Assembly (NCBI GenBank): GCA_964425305.1
Contig: CAYRMQ010000003.1
Coordinates: 2,162 to 66,161 of the forward strand
Length of the DNA stretch: 64,000 nucleotides
Direction: 5' to 3'
DNA from: an uncultured Anaerolineaceae bacterium
Lineage (GTDB): Bacteria > Chloroflexota > Limnocylindria > Limnocylindrales > CSP1-4
How positions within the stretch are numbered: position 1 is the stretch's first letter; each line of letters begins with the position of its first letter. A program made the translations under genes and the position numbers. The notes under the pieces were generated by a model. The model worked only from the letters and a program-made list of their open reading frames with translations, made no database searches and was not told the DNA's origin. This document shows positions 18,663 to 28,900 of this stretch, piece after piece.

Positions 18663-20963
18663 TCAGCCGGATCTGCCGTACGCCCTGGCCGTCCCATCGG
18701 CCGACGGCGAGCGCCGGCCGCGCGTGTCGGCCGCCTCCTCGGTGAAGTGCGGCAAGGCGAAGCCGAACTCGGCGCCGCCCTCCGCTCGCTGCCGCGCCCA
18801 GACGCGTCCGCTCATCGCGCCGACCAGACCCTTGCACACGAACAGTCCGATGCCGGCGCCCTGTGGCGTGCGCGTGCCTGGCGATCGGTAGTAGAGCGTG
18901 AACAGCTTGTCGGCCTCGTCGGGCCGGATGCCGGGGCCGTCGTCGACGACCCGGAACTGGACCTCGTCGCGGCCACTGCGGACCTCGACGTCGACCGTCG
19001 CCTTCGCGCCTGCGTACTTGGCCGCGTTGGAGAGCAGGTTGCGCACGATCAGCGTCAGGTACTCCTCGTCGGCGGCGACGAGCGGCAGGCCGTCGGCAAT
19101 CGACAGGTTGATCGTCATCTCCGGCCACAGCGGGCGCTCGCGGGCGACGACGTCGGTGAGCAGCGGCTTGACGGTCACCGGCCGCGGCTCGAAGAACTTG
19201 GCGCCGCGTTCGACGCGCGCCAGCACGAGCAGGTTCTCGATGATTTGCTGCAGCCGTTCCGACTCGGCGGCGATACCGCCGAGCAGCTCGAGGCGATCCT
19301 CGGCGGCCATCCGCCCGTCGCGTTTGAGCAGCAGCTGCGTGCCGCCGTAGATGGCCGTGATGGGTGTGCGCAGCTCGTGCGAGAGGATGCCCAGGAAGTG
19401 ATCGCGCAGCAGGCTCGCCTCGTGGCGCCAGGAGGCATCGGAGACGACGGCCAGCTCGTACGGCCGGCCCTCCAGCTGGAACGGCGTCAGCGCCACGTCC
19501 GCCGGGAAGGCCGCGCCGTCGAGCCGGTAGCCCGTCGCCTCGAGCCGGCGCGTCCCGTCCTCGCTGGACCCTTCGCCGGCCAGCGGTGCGTCGAGCTGGA
19601 TCAGCTCGTTGAGCGCCATGCCGTGCAGGCGGCCGGCGGTGCCGCCGAACAGCTCGGCCGTCGGGACCGTCGCCCACACCACCGTGCCCTCGGCGTCGGC
19701 GGCCAGTACCGCGTTGGGATGAGCCTGCAGCAGCGCGCGGAAACGGGTCTCGCTGGCGCGCACGGCGGCTGCCGCCTCGAGCTCCCGCCGCGCGTCGGCG
19801 AGCTGAACGATCGCCTCCTCGCGCTCCACCGCGCGGTAGGTCATCAGCCCCAGAAGCCCGAGCACCTCGAGGTCGTCCTCGACGAACAGCGGCCTGCCCT
19901 CCAGCTGCGTGGCCAGCGTCGCACGCAGCCTGCCGCCGGTGGCGATCGGTACGCGCGCGTTCGTCAACCGCCGCCGGCTCGGGGCCGCCCGGGTCGGCTC
20001 GTCGGTCGGCGCCTGCTCGGTCGGCGCCTGCTCGGTCGGCGCCTGCTCGGCCGCCGCCTGCTCGGCCGACGCCTGCTCGGCCTCCGCCAGCATGCCGCCC
20101 GAGGCATCGGTGATCGTCACCTTGCGCACGCCAAGGAGCCCCCGCGCGGTCTCGGCGAGGTTGCGCCACAGCAGCTCTGGCTCCGCGCCGGCGCTCGCGG
20201 TCACGAGATCACGCGCCAGGTCAAACGCCACCGCCCGATGGCCGGCCGTGCGCAGCCAGCCGGGTGGCACGAACGCGCCGAGGTAGCCAATCCCGGCGAG
20301 CAGGGCGGTGGTGCGCGCGATGAACAGGACCGACGGGTCCTGCTCGCCGCCCAGTGTTGCCGCGGCGCCGACTGCGGCGACCAGGATCGCGGCACCGAAC
20401 AGCCCGGTCGAAACGCCGGCCAGCGCCAGCCGGATACGCGCGATCCCGTAGCGGCGCTGGCTCTCACCGAGGAGGAGCATGGCGGCGGCGCCCTCGGCGA
20501 CGATGAAGTAGCCGCCGACGTAGAGGAGCGCCGGCACCGTCCGCTCAGGCGGCAGCAGGATGGCTGCCGCGGCGCTGACGAAGCCGATGGCCGCGAGCAT
20601 GAGCACCCAGCGGGCGATGGGCATGATCAGGCTGATGAGGACGAAGATCAGCACCGGCTGCGACAGCAGCAGCAGGATGGCCAGCGGCTGCAGGGCGTCG
20701 GCGATTCCGGGCGCAAAGCCGTCGACGACCGAGATCGCGAAGATCGCGGCGGTCGTGGCGAAGACGCCGACGACGGCCAGCTCGACGGTGCCCGGCCGGC
20801 GCACGTAGCGCCAGATCGCCGCCGCGAAGACCGCGAAGAAGGCAAGCTGAAGGAGAGAGTTGACGACGTTCACGCGCCCCCTGCCGTGTGGCCGGTCTGC
20901 ATCGGCGCTGCACAGATTGCCGCCGGCCGGACAGCCAGCGGCTTTGCCGGCCATTATGGCCAC
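18663..20963 (-). CDS. membrane sensor histidine kinase (multi-TM N-terminus, low-complexity linker, PAS, HisKA, HATPase_c)
   Basis: H-box …[15 protein letters not shown]… and N/G boxes (…LLSNAAKYA…, …DDGPGI…, …GAGIGLFV…). Possible alternative GTG start at 20873 just before TM1. No cognate response regulator adjacent. Confidence 0.8.
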   Translation of the reverse strand: MAIMAGKAAGCPAGGNLCSADADRPHGRGRVNVVNSLLQLAFFAVFAAAIWRYVRRPGTVELAVVGVFATTAAIFAISVVDGFAPGIADALQPLAILLLLSQPVLIFVLISLIMPIARWVLMLAAIGFVSAAAAILLPPERTVPALLYVGGYFIVAEGAAAMLLLGESQRRYGIARIRLALAGVSTGLFGAAILVAAVGAAATLGGEQDPSVLFIARTTALLAGIGYLGAFVPPGWLRTAGHRAVAFDLARDLVTASAGAEPELLWRNLAETARGLLGVRKVTITDASGGMLAEAEQASAEQAAAEQAPTEQAPTEQAPTDEPTRAAPSRRRLTNARVPIATGGRLRATLATQLEGRPLFVEDDLEVLGLLGLMTYRAVEREEAIVQLADARRELEAAAAVRASETRFRALLQAHPNAVLAADAEGTVVWATVPTAELFGGTAGRLHGMALNELIQLDAPLAGEGSSEDGTRRLEATGYRLDGAAFPADVALTPFQLEGRPYELAVVSDASWRHEASLLRDHFLGILSHELRTPITAIYGGTQLLLKRDGRMAAEDRLELLGGIAAESERLQQIIENLLVLARVERGAKFFEPRPVTVKPLLTDVVARERPLWPEMTINLSIADGLPLVAADEEYLTLIVRNLLSNAAKYAGAKATVDVEVRSGRDEVQFRVVDDGPGIRPDEADKLFTLYYRSPGTRTPQGAGIGLFVCKGLVGAMSGRVWARQRAEGGAEFGFALPHFTEEAADTRGRRSPSADGTARAYGRSG

Positions 20964-21005
20964 GCTCCGCGGCGGCTCAGGCCGGCGGGAGGTTACAGAC
21001 CTCTT

Positions 21006-22199
21006 TCATTCTGGCGATCGGGCGCCGAGGGCACCGCCTCGTGCGCGTGCCAGGCCGGCCGGCACGAAGTACCAGCACGCCGCGGCGAGGCAAGCCGCGA
21101 CGGCGACGAGCAGCCACAGGCTCAGATCGAAAGTGCCTGTCGCGTCGCGCACGAGCCCGAGCAGCCACGGCCCGACCGAGGCCATCACGTACCCGCCGAA
21201 GAGCATGATCGCCGCCAGTCCGCCGGCGTCGCGGGCGCGGCCGGCGAAGTGAACGGGCAGCGTCAGCGCCAGCGGGAAGACGGCGCCAAGGCCGATGCCG
21301 AGCAGGATGACCCACGCGACGGCCAGCTCGGGCGCGACGGCGATGCCGAACAGACCGACGAGGGACGCGACTGCCGAGGCCAGCAACTGCTCGCGGCGCG
21401 ATCCGCGCCGCTCGGCCAGCGCCGGCGTGCCGAACGTGGCCACCAGGCTGACGCCGTTCATGAGCGCCAGCAGCAGGCCGGCGTCGACCGCGTTCCAGCC
21501 GCGCTCGACGTAGGCGGTCGGCAGCCATGAGTTGGCAGCGTAGAACAGGATCGACTGAGCCCCGAAGAGCAGCGCCAGGGCCCACGCCCGGCGCCGCCCC
21601 CAGGGCAGGCGCGGCGGCACTTCGGCATCCGCGTTCGTCGCGCCGGGCAGCCCGGTCGGCCGCGCCGGCCGCGCCGGCCGCTCGAGGAGGATCCAAGCGA
21701 CGAGCGAGCCAGCGGCGGCCGCGGCGAACACGGCCAACGGCCAGCGCCAGTCCTGACCCGGGCCGGCGAGCGGGACGGCCAGCGCGGCGGCGACCGTCGC
21801 GCCGAGGACGATGCCGCCCGCATGCGCGCCGGTTACCAGTGCCGCCCGGCCCGGCTGGCGGTGGCGCACGAGTATCGGCACGAGCGGGCCGGTGACGGCG
21901 ATGCCGACGCCCACACCGAGGGTCAGCACGAGGATCGTCGACGCGTCCGGCGCCGCGGCGCGCAGCAGGCCGAAGACGACGATGGCGGCGACGCCGGCAG
22001 CTATCCCGCGCTCTGCTCCGATCAGGCGGGAAAGCCACGGGCCGGCGAGCGCGAAGATGCCCATGCACAGCACAGGAATCGTCGCCAGCAGGCCGGCGAC
22101 GGCGTGGCTGATCGCGAGTTCGACCTGGATCTGCGGTATCAGCGGACCGATGGCGACGAGCTGCGGACGCAGCGCAAGCGAGACGACGAACAGCGCCAC
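21006..22199 (-). CDS. MFS transporter (CynX/NimT-like)
   Basis: 12-TM pattern with N-terminus …[15 protein letters not shown]…. The overlapping 455-aa ORF 20977..22344 in another frame is Arg-rich noise. Confidence 0.75.
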   Translation of the reverse strand: MALFVVSLALRPQLVAIGPLIPQIQVELAISHAVAGLLATIPVLCMGIFALAGPWLSRLIGAERGIAAGVAAIVVFGLLRAAAPDASTILVLTLGVGVGIAVTGPLVPILVRHRQPGRAALVTGAHAGGIVLGATVAAALAVPLAGPGQDWRWPLAVFAAAAAGSLVAWILLERPARPARPTGLPGATNADAEVPPRLPWGRRRAWALALLFGAQSILFYAANSWLPTAYVERGWNAVDAGLLLALMNGVSLVATFGTPALAERRGSRREQLLASAVASLVGLFGIAVAPELAVAWVILLGIGLGAVFPLALTLPVHFAGRARDAGGLAAIMLFGGYVMASVGPWLLGLVRDATGTFDLSLWLLVAVAACLAAACWYFVPAGLARARGGALGARSPE

Positions 22200-22390
22200 C
22201 GCCGTGCGGGCGAGGCTTGGCGTCGTCGCTGGGTCTCGGCTGACGGCGCACCTCCACGCTCGGTCTTGGGGTCACGGGCCGGCGGCCCGGCGGCTGGGGC
22301 GGGAGCGCATCGTACCCGCCCTCAAGGGCTGAGGCTGATCCCACGGAGTGACGCGCCGCCCGCCTATCGCGGCCGGCCTATCTTTGAGCG

Positions 22391-23194
22391 GTGGACGAGG
22401 ACCTGCGGCGCCGGCTGGCCGCCTCTGGCTACGACATGGCCGGCTTCGCCGCGCGTTACGACGCCGCCCGACCACGGCCGCCGGCGCTGTTGCGGGACAT
22501 GTTGCCGGCGCTGGCCGGAGTCGCCAGCCCGCGACTCGTCGTGGACCTCGGCAGCGGCACCGGCCTCTCGACGCGCTACTGGTCGGACGCCGCCGACGAG
22601 GTGGTCGGAGTCGAGCCCAATCACGCCATGTGCACCTGGGCGGAGGCGGCAACCGAGGCTGCGAACGTCCGCTACATTCAAGCGCCGGCCGAGAAGACCG
22701 GGCTTCCCGCCAGCTGCGCCGACATCGTCACCGCCGCCCAGTCGCTGCAGTGGCTGGACCCGGAGCGGGCCTTCCCGGAGATCGGGCGCATCCTGCGTCC
22801 GGGCGGCGTCTTCTGTGCCTACGAGTACTTCACCCTCCAGACGCCGCTGTGGGAGCCCGAGGCAGCCTGGCGAAAGGTGCGCGACGCCGTCGGCCGCCGG
22901 CGCGCCGAGCTGGGCCTCGACGCCGAGTTGCGGCTGTGGCCGACCGGCATCGCACCGCTGAAGGCGAGCAGCGTGTTCCGCGACGTGCGTGAGCTGGCGC
23001 TGCACAGCCTCGAGCAGGGCGACGGCGAGCGGCTGCTCGGCTGGGCACTCAGCGAGGGCAGCCTGCAGACATTGCTGGCGGCAGGGATCAGCGAGAAGGA
23101 GGTCGGGCTCGAGGAGCTGCGCCGGGCCGTCGCAGGGCTGCGCGAGCCGGTCGACTGGTGGATCGGCTACAGCGCCTGGATCGGGCGGCGCTGA
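22391..23194 (+). CDS. class I SAM-dependent methyltransferase
   Basis: Motif I …LVVDLGSGTGLST…, motif post-I and …ILRPGGVF…; GTG start. Confidence 0.75.
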   Translation: MDEDLRRRLAASGYDMAGFAARYDAARPRPPALLRDMLPALAGVASPRLVVDLGSGTGLSTRYWSDAADEVVGVEPNHAMCTWAEAATEAANVRYIQAPAEKTGLPASCADIVTAAQSLQWLDPERAFPEIGRILRPGGVFCAYEYFTLQTPLWEPEAAWRKVRDAVGRRRAELGLDAELRLWPTGIAPLKASSVFRDVRELALHSLEQGDGERLLGWALSEGSLQTLLAAGISEKEVGLEELRRAVAGLREPVDWWIGYSAWIGRR

Positions 23195-23213
23195 TGGTCG
23201 GGGCGGCGGGATT
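23195..23213. repeat. 19-nt direct repeat of the tRNA-Pro(TGG) 3' end (TGGTCGGGGCGGCGGGATT), immediately after the methyltransferase stop
   Basis: Identical to 23699..23717 (acceptor/T-stem/CCA end of the tRNA); the two copies bracket 485 bp. Confidence 0.6.
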
Positions 23214-23435
23214 AACTCGGTAGGAAGAGGATCCTCCATCCGCCTACGTCGCGAGCGCCGTCAGCCGGCCGCGCTGCCGGCTTGGTGTGGGCCATTCCCA
23301 CCAGAGCGACGTGAACTGACCGATCGATTCGACCGAGTCAGCGTTCCGGCGCGAGATGTGGCCATAGCCCACAACCAAATCTCATTTGGGTGCCGACGAG
23401 CCGCGGTTGGCAGTCACTCGCCGCCGTCGGCGGTG

Positions 23436-23545
23436 ATTTGCGGCCGGCTGGTGGGCAGTTTCCACACCCGGCCACCAGCGCCGCCACCCGATCGGTAGCG
23501 CGGGTCATCTGCGGCCGGTTGGTGGGTAGTTTCCACACCCGGCCA
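23436..23545. repeat. two 39-bp direct repeats (ATTTGCGGCCGGCTGGTGGGCAGTTTCCACACCCGGCCA and ATCTGCGGCCGGTTGGTGGGTAGTTTCCACACCCGGCCA), each with an internal GGCCGG…CCGGCC hairpin, separated by 32 nt
   Basis: Seen directly at 23436..23474 and 23507..23545 (4 mismatches); ORFs 22989..23498 and 23390..23593 just translate them. Confidence 0.6.
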
Positions 23546-23698
23546 GCGCGGAAGAGTAGGACGGGTCGTCGAGCTCGAGGTCCGGCGGAATAAAGGGCCA
23601 CAGCTGCCCTGCCGGGCCACAGCCTGCCGCCCGCCGAACCAGGGCCAACCCGCATCGGTCCAACTAGGCGAACGACTCCCACCGAGATAAAGCAGGGG

Positions 23699-23774
23699 TG
23701 GTCGGGGCGGCGGGATTTGAACCCGCGACCTCGTGCTCCCAAAGCACGTGCGCTAGCCACTGCGCCACGCCCCG
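23699..23774 (-). tRNA. tRNA-Pro (anticodon TGG)
   Basis: Cloverleaf on the reverse complement: acceptor CGGGGCG/CGCCCCG, D-arm GCGC-AGTGGCTA-GCGC, anticodon stem CGTGC/GCACG with loop TTTGGGA (anticodon UGG), T-arm GCGGG-TTCAAAT-CCCGC, discriminator A, CCA encoded. The plus ORF 23698..23907 is an artefact. Confidence 0.85.
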
Positions 23775-23994
23775 TACGACCATCATACCCGGCGCCAGCG
23801 GCCCCACGCGACGAGGCCGAGAATCCCGACGAAAGTGTGGCGCCGACTGGTGCGATCAGGGCATGACCGGACCTTGGCCGCGGCCTAGGATGGGCTTCAC
23901 GTCGTAGCCGGCCTGTCACCCGGCGCGACGGTGGTGCAGGTACCGCCCAAGGGCCGGCACCGCGTCCGGGATCGGCAACCGAGGGAGGGGGCCC

Positions 23995-24984
23995 ATGCCC
24001 ACGGCAGGCGCCAGCGTGCGCCGCTACCGTCCGCGCCTGCCCGCGCGTCCGCGCTCACCGGTACGGCTGCGCGCGATCGCAGGCGTTGTCCTGTTGCCGG
24101 CGGTGATCTATGCGTCGGGAGCAACGTCGCCGGTCATCGACCAACCGGTCTGGATCGGCCAGGCCGAGGCAGCGGTGGAGGTCCTCGAGGATGCCGGCGA
24201 AGTCTTCGTCGGCGCCGGCGACATCGCCTACTGCAACCACGACGGCCAGGACAGGACGGCCGCCCTGCTCGACGAGATCGAGGGCACGGTCTTCACCATC
24301 GGCGACAACTCGCAGAACGAGGGCACGCACCAGCAGTTCCGCGACTGCTACGACCCGAGCTGGGGCCGCCACAAGTGGCGCACGCGGCCGGCGATCGGCA
24401 ACCACGACCGGCTGACGCCCGACGGCGCCGGCTACTTCGACTACTTCGGCGAGGCGGCCGGGCCGTGGGGTCGGGGCTACTACTCCTACGACCTGGGCGA
24501 GTGGCACATCGTCGTGCTCGACAGCAACTGCGAGATCGTCAGCTGTGAGGCGGGCTCGGAGCAGGAGCGCTGGCTGCGCCGCGACCTCGCCGAGAACGCG
24601 ACCCGCTGCACGCTGGCGATCTGGCACCACCCCCTCTTCAACTCGGGCGAGGTGGGCAACCACCCGCAGGTGCGCCACCTGTGGATCGAGCTCGCCGAAG
24701 CGGGCGCCGACGTCGTGCTGACCGGCCATGATCACCACTACGAGCGCTTCGCGCGGCAGGACGTCGACGGTCGGCCCGACCCGACGGGCATGCGCCAGTT
24801 CATCGTCGGCACGGGCGGCGCCTTCTTCCACCGACCAGCCGCGCGCCAGCCGAACAGCGAGGTCTACCGAGTCGGCACGCTGGGCGTGCTGAAGATGGAG
24901 CTGTGGCCGACGAGCTACACGTGGGAGTTCATCGCCGTCCCGGGCGATCCCTTCACCGACCGCGGGCGCGAGGACTGCGTCTAG
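23995..24984 (+). CDS. secreted calcineurin-like metallophosphoesterase (purple-acid-phosphatase-like)
   Basis: Signal-like N-terminus; metal-ligand motifs …GAGDIAYC…, …GDNSQNEG…, …AIGNHD…, …GHDHHYER…; strong GAGGGAGGGGG Shine-Dalgarno. Confidence 0.8.
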   Translation: MPTAGASVRRYRPRLPARPRSPVRLRAIAGVVLLPAVIYASGATSPVIDQPVWIGQAEAAVEVLEDAGEVFVGAGDIAYCNHDGQDRTAALLDEIEGTVFTIGDNSQNEGTHQQFRDCYDPSWGRHKWRTRPAIGNHDRLTPDGAGYFDYFGEAAGPWGRGYYSYDLGEWHIVVLDSNCEIVSCEAGSEQERWLRRDLAENATRCTLAIWHHPLFNSGEVGNHPQVRHLWIELAEAGADVVLTGHDHHYERFARQDVDGRPDPTGMRQFIVGTGGAFFHRPAARQPNSEVYRVGTLGVLKMELWPTSYTWEFIAVPGDPFTDRGREDCV

Positions 24985-24996
24985 GCTGGCCGGCCG

Positions 24997-25932
24997 TTGC
25001 GCGGCTATGCTGCCGGCGTGCGCATCGGCATCACCATCCCCGTCGCCGAGGATGAGGACTACCGGGCAAAGCCGTTCAGTGACCTGCGCCAGCTGGCGCT
25101 GACGGCCGAGGCCGCCGGCCTGGATTCGATCTGGGCCGCCGATCACCTGCTCTACCAGCCGGGGTTCGACCGCCCGCGCGGCTTCTGGGAGTCGTGGACG
25201 CTGCTGTCGGCGCTGGCCGAGGCGACCCAGCGCGTCGAGCTGGGCCATCTCGTCGCCTGCGTGCCCTTCCGTAACGCGGGCCTGACCGCGTACATGGCCA
25301 ACACGATCGACGAGATCAGCGACGGACGGTTCGTGCTGGGCCTGGGCTCGGGCTGGCACGAGCCGGAGTTCCGCGCCTTTGGCTTCGAGTTCGACCGCCG
25401 CGTCAGCTACTACGCGGAGTCGCTGGCGGTCATCGTGGCGCTGCTGCGCGGCGAGGCGGTCGCCTTCTCGGGCGAGCTCGTCGAGGGGCACGCGACGCTG
25501 AGTCCGCGCGGGCCGCGGCCCGACGGCCCACCGATCCTGACCGCTTCCAGGGGGCCGCGGATGCACCTGCTGTCGGCGCAGTACGCCAATCGCTGGAACA
25601 CGGCCTGGTACGGCCTGCCGGCGCAGCCCTTCTGGGAGCGACGCGATGGCCTTCACGCTGCCTGTGCGGAGGCCGGCCGCGACCCGGCCGAGATCGAGGT
25701 CAACATCGGACTGAGCGTCGTCGACGCAGCGGAGATTGACGACATGGACGCCAGCCGCGTGCTGGTCGCCGAACCGACAGCCATCTCCGACGGCCTCGCC
25801 GCGTGGCGCGAGCAGGGCGTCGCCGAGGTGATGTGCAATCTCCGCCCGGCCACTCCGGAGATGGTCGAGCGCGTCGCCCGCGCGGCCGAGACACTGCGCG
25901 CGGGAGCCCCGGCTGCGGCGACCGACTTTTAG
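24997..25932 (+). CDS. LLM-class (luciferase-like) flavin/F420-dependent oxidoreductase
   Basis: …IWAADHLL…, …GRFVLGLGSGWHEPEF… typical of the LLM family; TTG start in the track, alternative GTG at 25018 (VRIGITIP…). Confidence 0.75.
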   Translation: MRGYAAGVRIGITIPVAEDEDYRAKPFSDLRQLALTAEAAGLDSIWAADHLLYQPGFDRPRGFWESWTLLSALAEATQRVELGHLVACVPFRNAGLTAYMANTIDEISDGRFVLGLGSGWHEPEFRAFGFEFDRRVSYYAESLAVIVALLRGEAVAFSGELVEGHATLSPRGPRPDGPPILTASRGPRMHLLSAQYANRWNTAWYGLPAQPFWERRDGLHAACAEAGRDPAEIEVNIGLSVVDAAEIDDMDASRVLVAEPTAISDGLAAWREQGVAEVMCNLRPATPEMVERVARAAETLRAGAPAAATDF

Positions 25933-25976
25933 AGAGTCTTGAGAATCGTTGAAGCCAGCCGGCCTAGCCTGCCGGC

Positions 25977-28900
25977 ATGTTCCTCGACAGCGTCCGCGGG
26001 CCAAGGCCAGGGCTCCAGGCGGTTGAACCACCGGCGTATGCTCGCGGGGTGCAGATCGGCGTGTTGGGGACGCTCGAAGCGCACACCGACGGCGTCTCTG
26101 TTCGGTTAGGGGGGCCGAAACAGCGGACGGTCCTGGCAATCCTGGTTGCCGAGGGGGGACGGTCGGTTCCGATCGACCGTCTCGTCGATCTCGTTTGGGG
26201 CGAGGAGCCGCCGACGGGCGCCAGGAGCACGCTTCACACCTACATCTCGAATCTGCGTGCCGCGCTTGGCGACGTCGTCGTGCGCGACGGCGGTGGCTAT
26301 CGCCTCGACCTGCCGCGGGAGGCAGTCGACGCGTTTCGCTTCGAGGACGACGTTGCGCGCGCCAGGGAGACAAGAGATTCGCAGCCACTGGAGGCGGCTC
26401 AGCGGTTGCGGGAGGCGCTGAAGTTGTGGCGGGGTCGGCCGTATGCCGACGTGTCCGACTCGCCTTTCCTGGAGCAGGAGGCCCGGCGCCTGGAGGAGCT
26501 GCGCTTGACGGCCATCGAGAACCGCGTCGACGCCGAGCTGGCGCTGGGCAACCACGCCGAGCTGGTCGGTGAGCTCGAGGTGCTCACGGCCGAGAATCCT
26601 CTGCGCGAGCACCTGCGCGCGGCGCACATGCTGGCGCTGTACCGTGCGGGTCGCCAGGCGGAGGCGCTTCGCGCCTACCATAAGACGCGCACGCTGCTGG
26701 CCGAGGAGCTGGGCATCGATCCCTCGCCCGCCCTGCAGGAGCTCGAGGGCAAGATCCTGCGCCAGGACCACTCGCTCGACCTGGAGAGCGAGCCTCGCGT
26801 CGAGACGCTCGTCTTCCTGCTGTCCGACATCGAGGACTCAACCGTCCTGTGGGAACTGCACCAGCGCGAGATGGGTCCTGCCGTGGCGCTGTACGACGCG
26901 ATCGTCAGCGAGGCGGTCGAGGGAGCTGGCGGACGAGTGGTCAAGCGCGTGGGCGACGGCCTCGACGCCGTGTTCTCTGACGCGGGCGGCGCGGTGGTCG
27001 CCGCGCGTGAGGCGCAGCGGGCGCTGCAACGGGGGACCTGGGGCGAAACGGGTCCGCTCAAGGCTCGCATGGCGATCGATGTCGGCGAAGTAGAGGCGCG
27101 AGGAGGTGGATACTTCGGCCCTGTCCTCAATCGCTGCGGTCGGATCCTGGCCTCCGGTCACGGCGGGCAGATCCTTCTCTCGGCCGAGGCGCATGCCGCG
27201 CTGTCGGGCGCGCAGGCGGGCTGGCAGGTCCGCGCACTGGGCGAGTTCCGCTTCAAGGGCCTGGGCCGTCCGCAACGCGTCTTCCAGCTACTGGTTGACG
27301 ACCTGCCGACGGAGTTTCCCGAGCTGCGCATCGACCGACTGCCGGCGACGGCCAGGATCAGCGTCGAGCGAGCCGTGCGGGGCTACGAGCTGCGCGAGCA
27401 GGTGGGAGGGGGAGACTTCGGCGTCGTTTACCGCGCCTACCAGCCGGCGGTCGGCCGCGAGGTGGCGGTCAAGGTCATTCGGCCCGAGTTCGTCAATCAG
27501 CCCTCCTTCGTGCGCCGCTTCGAGAGCGAAGCGCAGATGGTGGCCCAGCTCGAGCACCCCCACATCGTGGCGCTCTACGACTACTGGCGGGATCCCGATG
27601 GCGCTTACCTTGTCATGCGCTGGCTGCGCGGGGGCGCGCTGAGTGACGCGCTCGATCGCGGACCCTGGCACCTCGAGCCGGCTTCACGGCTGCTGGCGCA
27701 GGTCGGCTCGGCTCTCGCCTACGCCCATCGCCAGGGGATCGTGCATCGCGACCTCAAGCCGGGCAACGTGCTGCTCGACGAGGAGGGCAACGCCTACCTG
27801 TCGGACTTCGGCGTGGCGGCGCGCCTGGTCGACGCATCCGAGTCGGGTCGGCCGGTCTCCTCGTCGCCCGCCTATGTGACACCCGAGGAGCTGCGGGGCG
27901 AGCCGCTGCGCGCGCCGTCGGACATCTTCGCGCTGGGGCTGCTTACGTTCGAGTTGCTCTCTGGTCGCCGCCCACCGATGGACCGCTCCCTCCCCTCGCT
28001 CAGGCGGCTGCGACCAGAGCTGCCCGAAGGAATCGACGAGATCATCGCTCGCGCGACGGCCGATCAACCGGCGGCCCGCTACTCAACGGTGGACGGGTTC
28101 CTGGCAGCGTTCCTCGACGTGCTGGGCCAGGCTCCGGTGGCCGAGGAAGCCGGCTTCACGCCAACACGCAACCCGTACAAGGGGCTGCAGGCCTTCAGCG
28201 AGTTCGACGAGCAGGACTTCCATGGTCGGCAGGGGTTGATCGAGGAGCTGACCGAAGCGCTCAAGAAGCACCGTTTCCTGGCCGTCGTGGGGCCCTCGGG
28301 CATCGGCAAGTCATCTGTCGTGCGCGCTGGGCTGGTGCCGGCGCTACGCGCCGGCGCGTTGCCCGGATCCCGTGATTGGCTGGTAACCGACATGTTCCCC
28401 GGCTCCTATCCCTTCGAGGAGCTGGAGGCCGCGTTGCTGCGCATAGCCGTCGAGCGCCCGGTGGGCATGACCGAGGATCTGGCTCGGGACGAACGCGGCA
28501 TCCTGCGCGTCAGCAAGCGCATCCTGCCGACCAGCGCGCAGGCGATGCTCGTCATCGACCAGTTCGAGGAGCTGTTCACGCTGACCTCCGACGAGGAGAC
28601 GCGCCGGCTTTTCCTCGATGCGCTCGCCACACTGGTCACCGACCCGCGTTCCAGGATGCGCGTGGTCATCACCCTGCGCGCTGACTTCTTCGACCGTCCC
28701 CTGCGCTACCGAGCCTTCGGGGACCTGCTGCGTGACAGGATGGTAGCCGTCACCGCGCCCGGCGAAGGAGAGCTGACTGCCGCCATCGTCAGGCCGGCGG
28801 AGGCCGTTGGCGTGCGCTTCGAGGCCGGTCTCGTCGACCGCATCATCACTGACGTCAGTAGTCAGCCGGGCGCACTGCCGCTGCTGCAGTATGCGCTGAC

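Noticed and set aside
160-23774. Whole 23.5-kb interval between the two tRNA-Pro genes as a tRNA-bounded genomic island
   Set aside because: It contains core genes (glnA, tag, resB, metB-like) with no integrase or recombinase, and composition like the rest of the window except the single peptidase gene. Only the small 485-bp segment next to tRNA-Pro(TGG) shows a true att-like duplication
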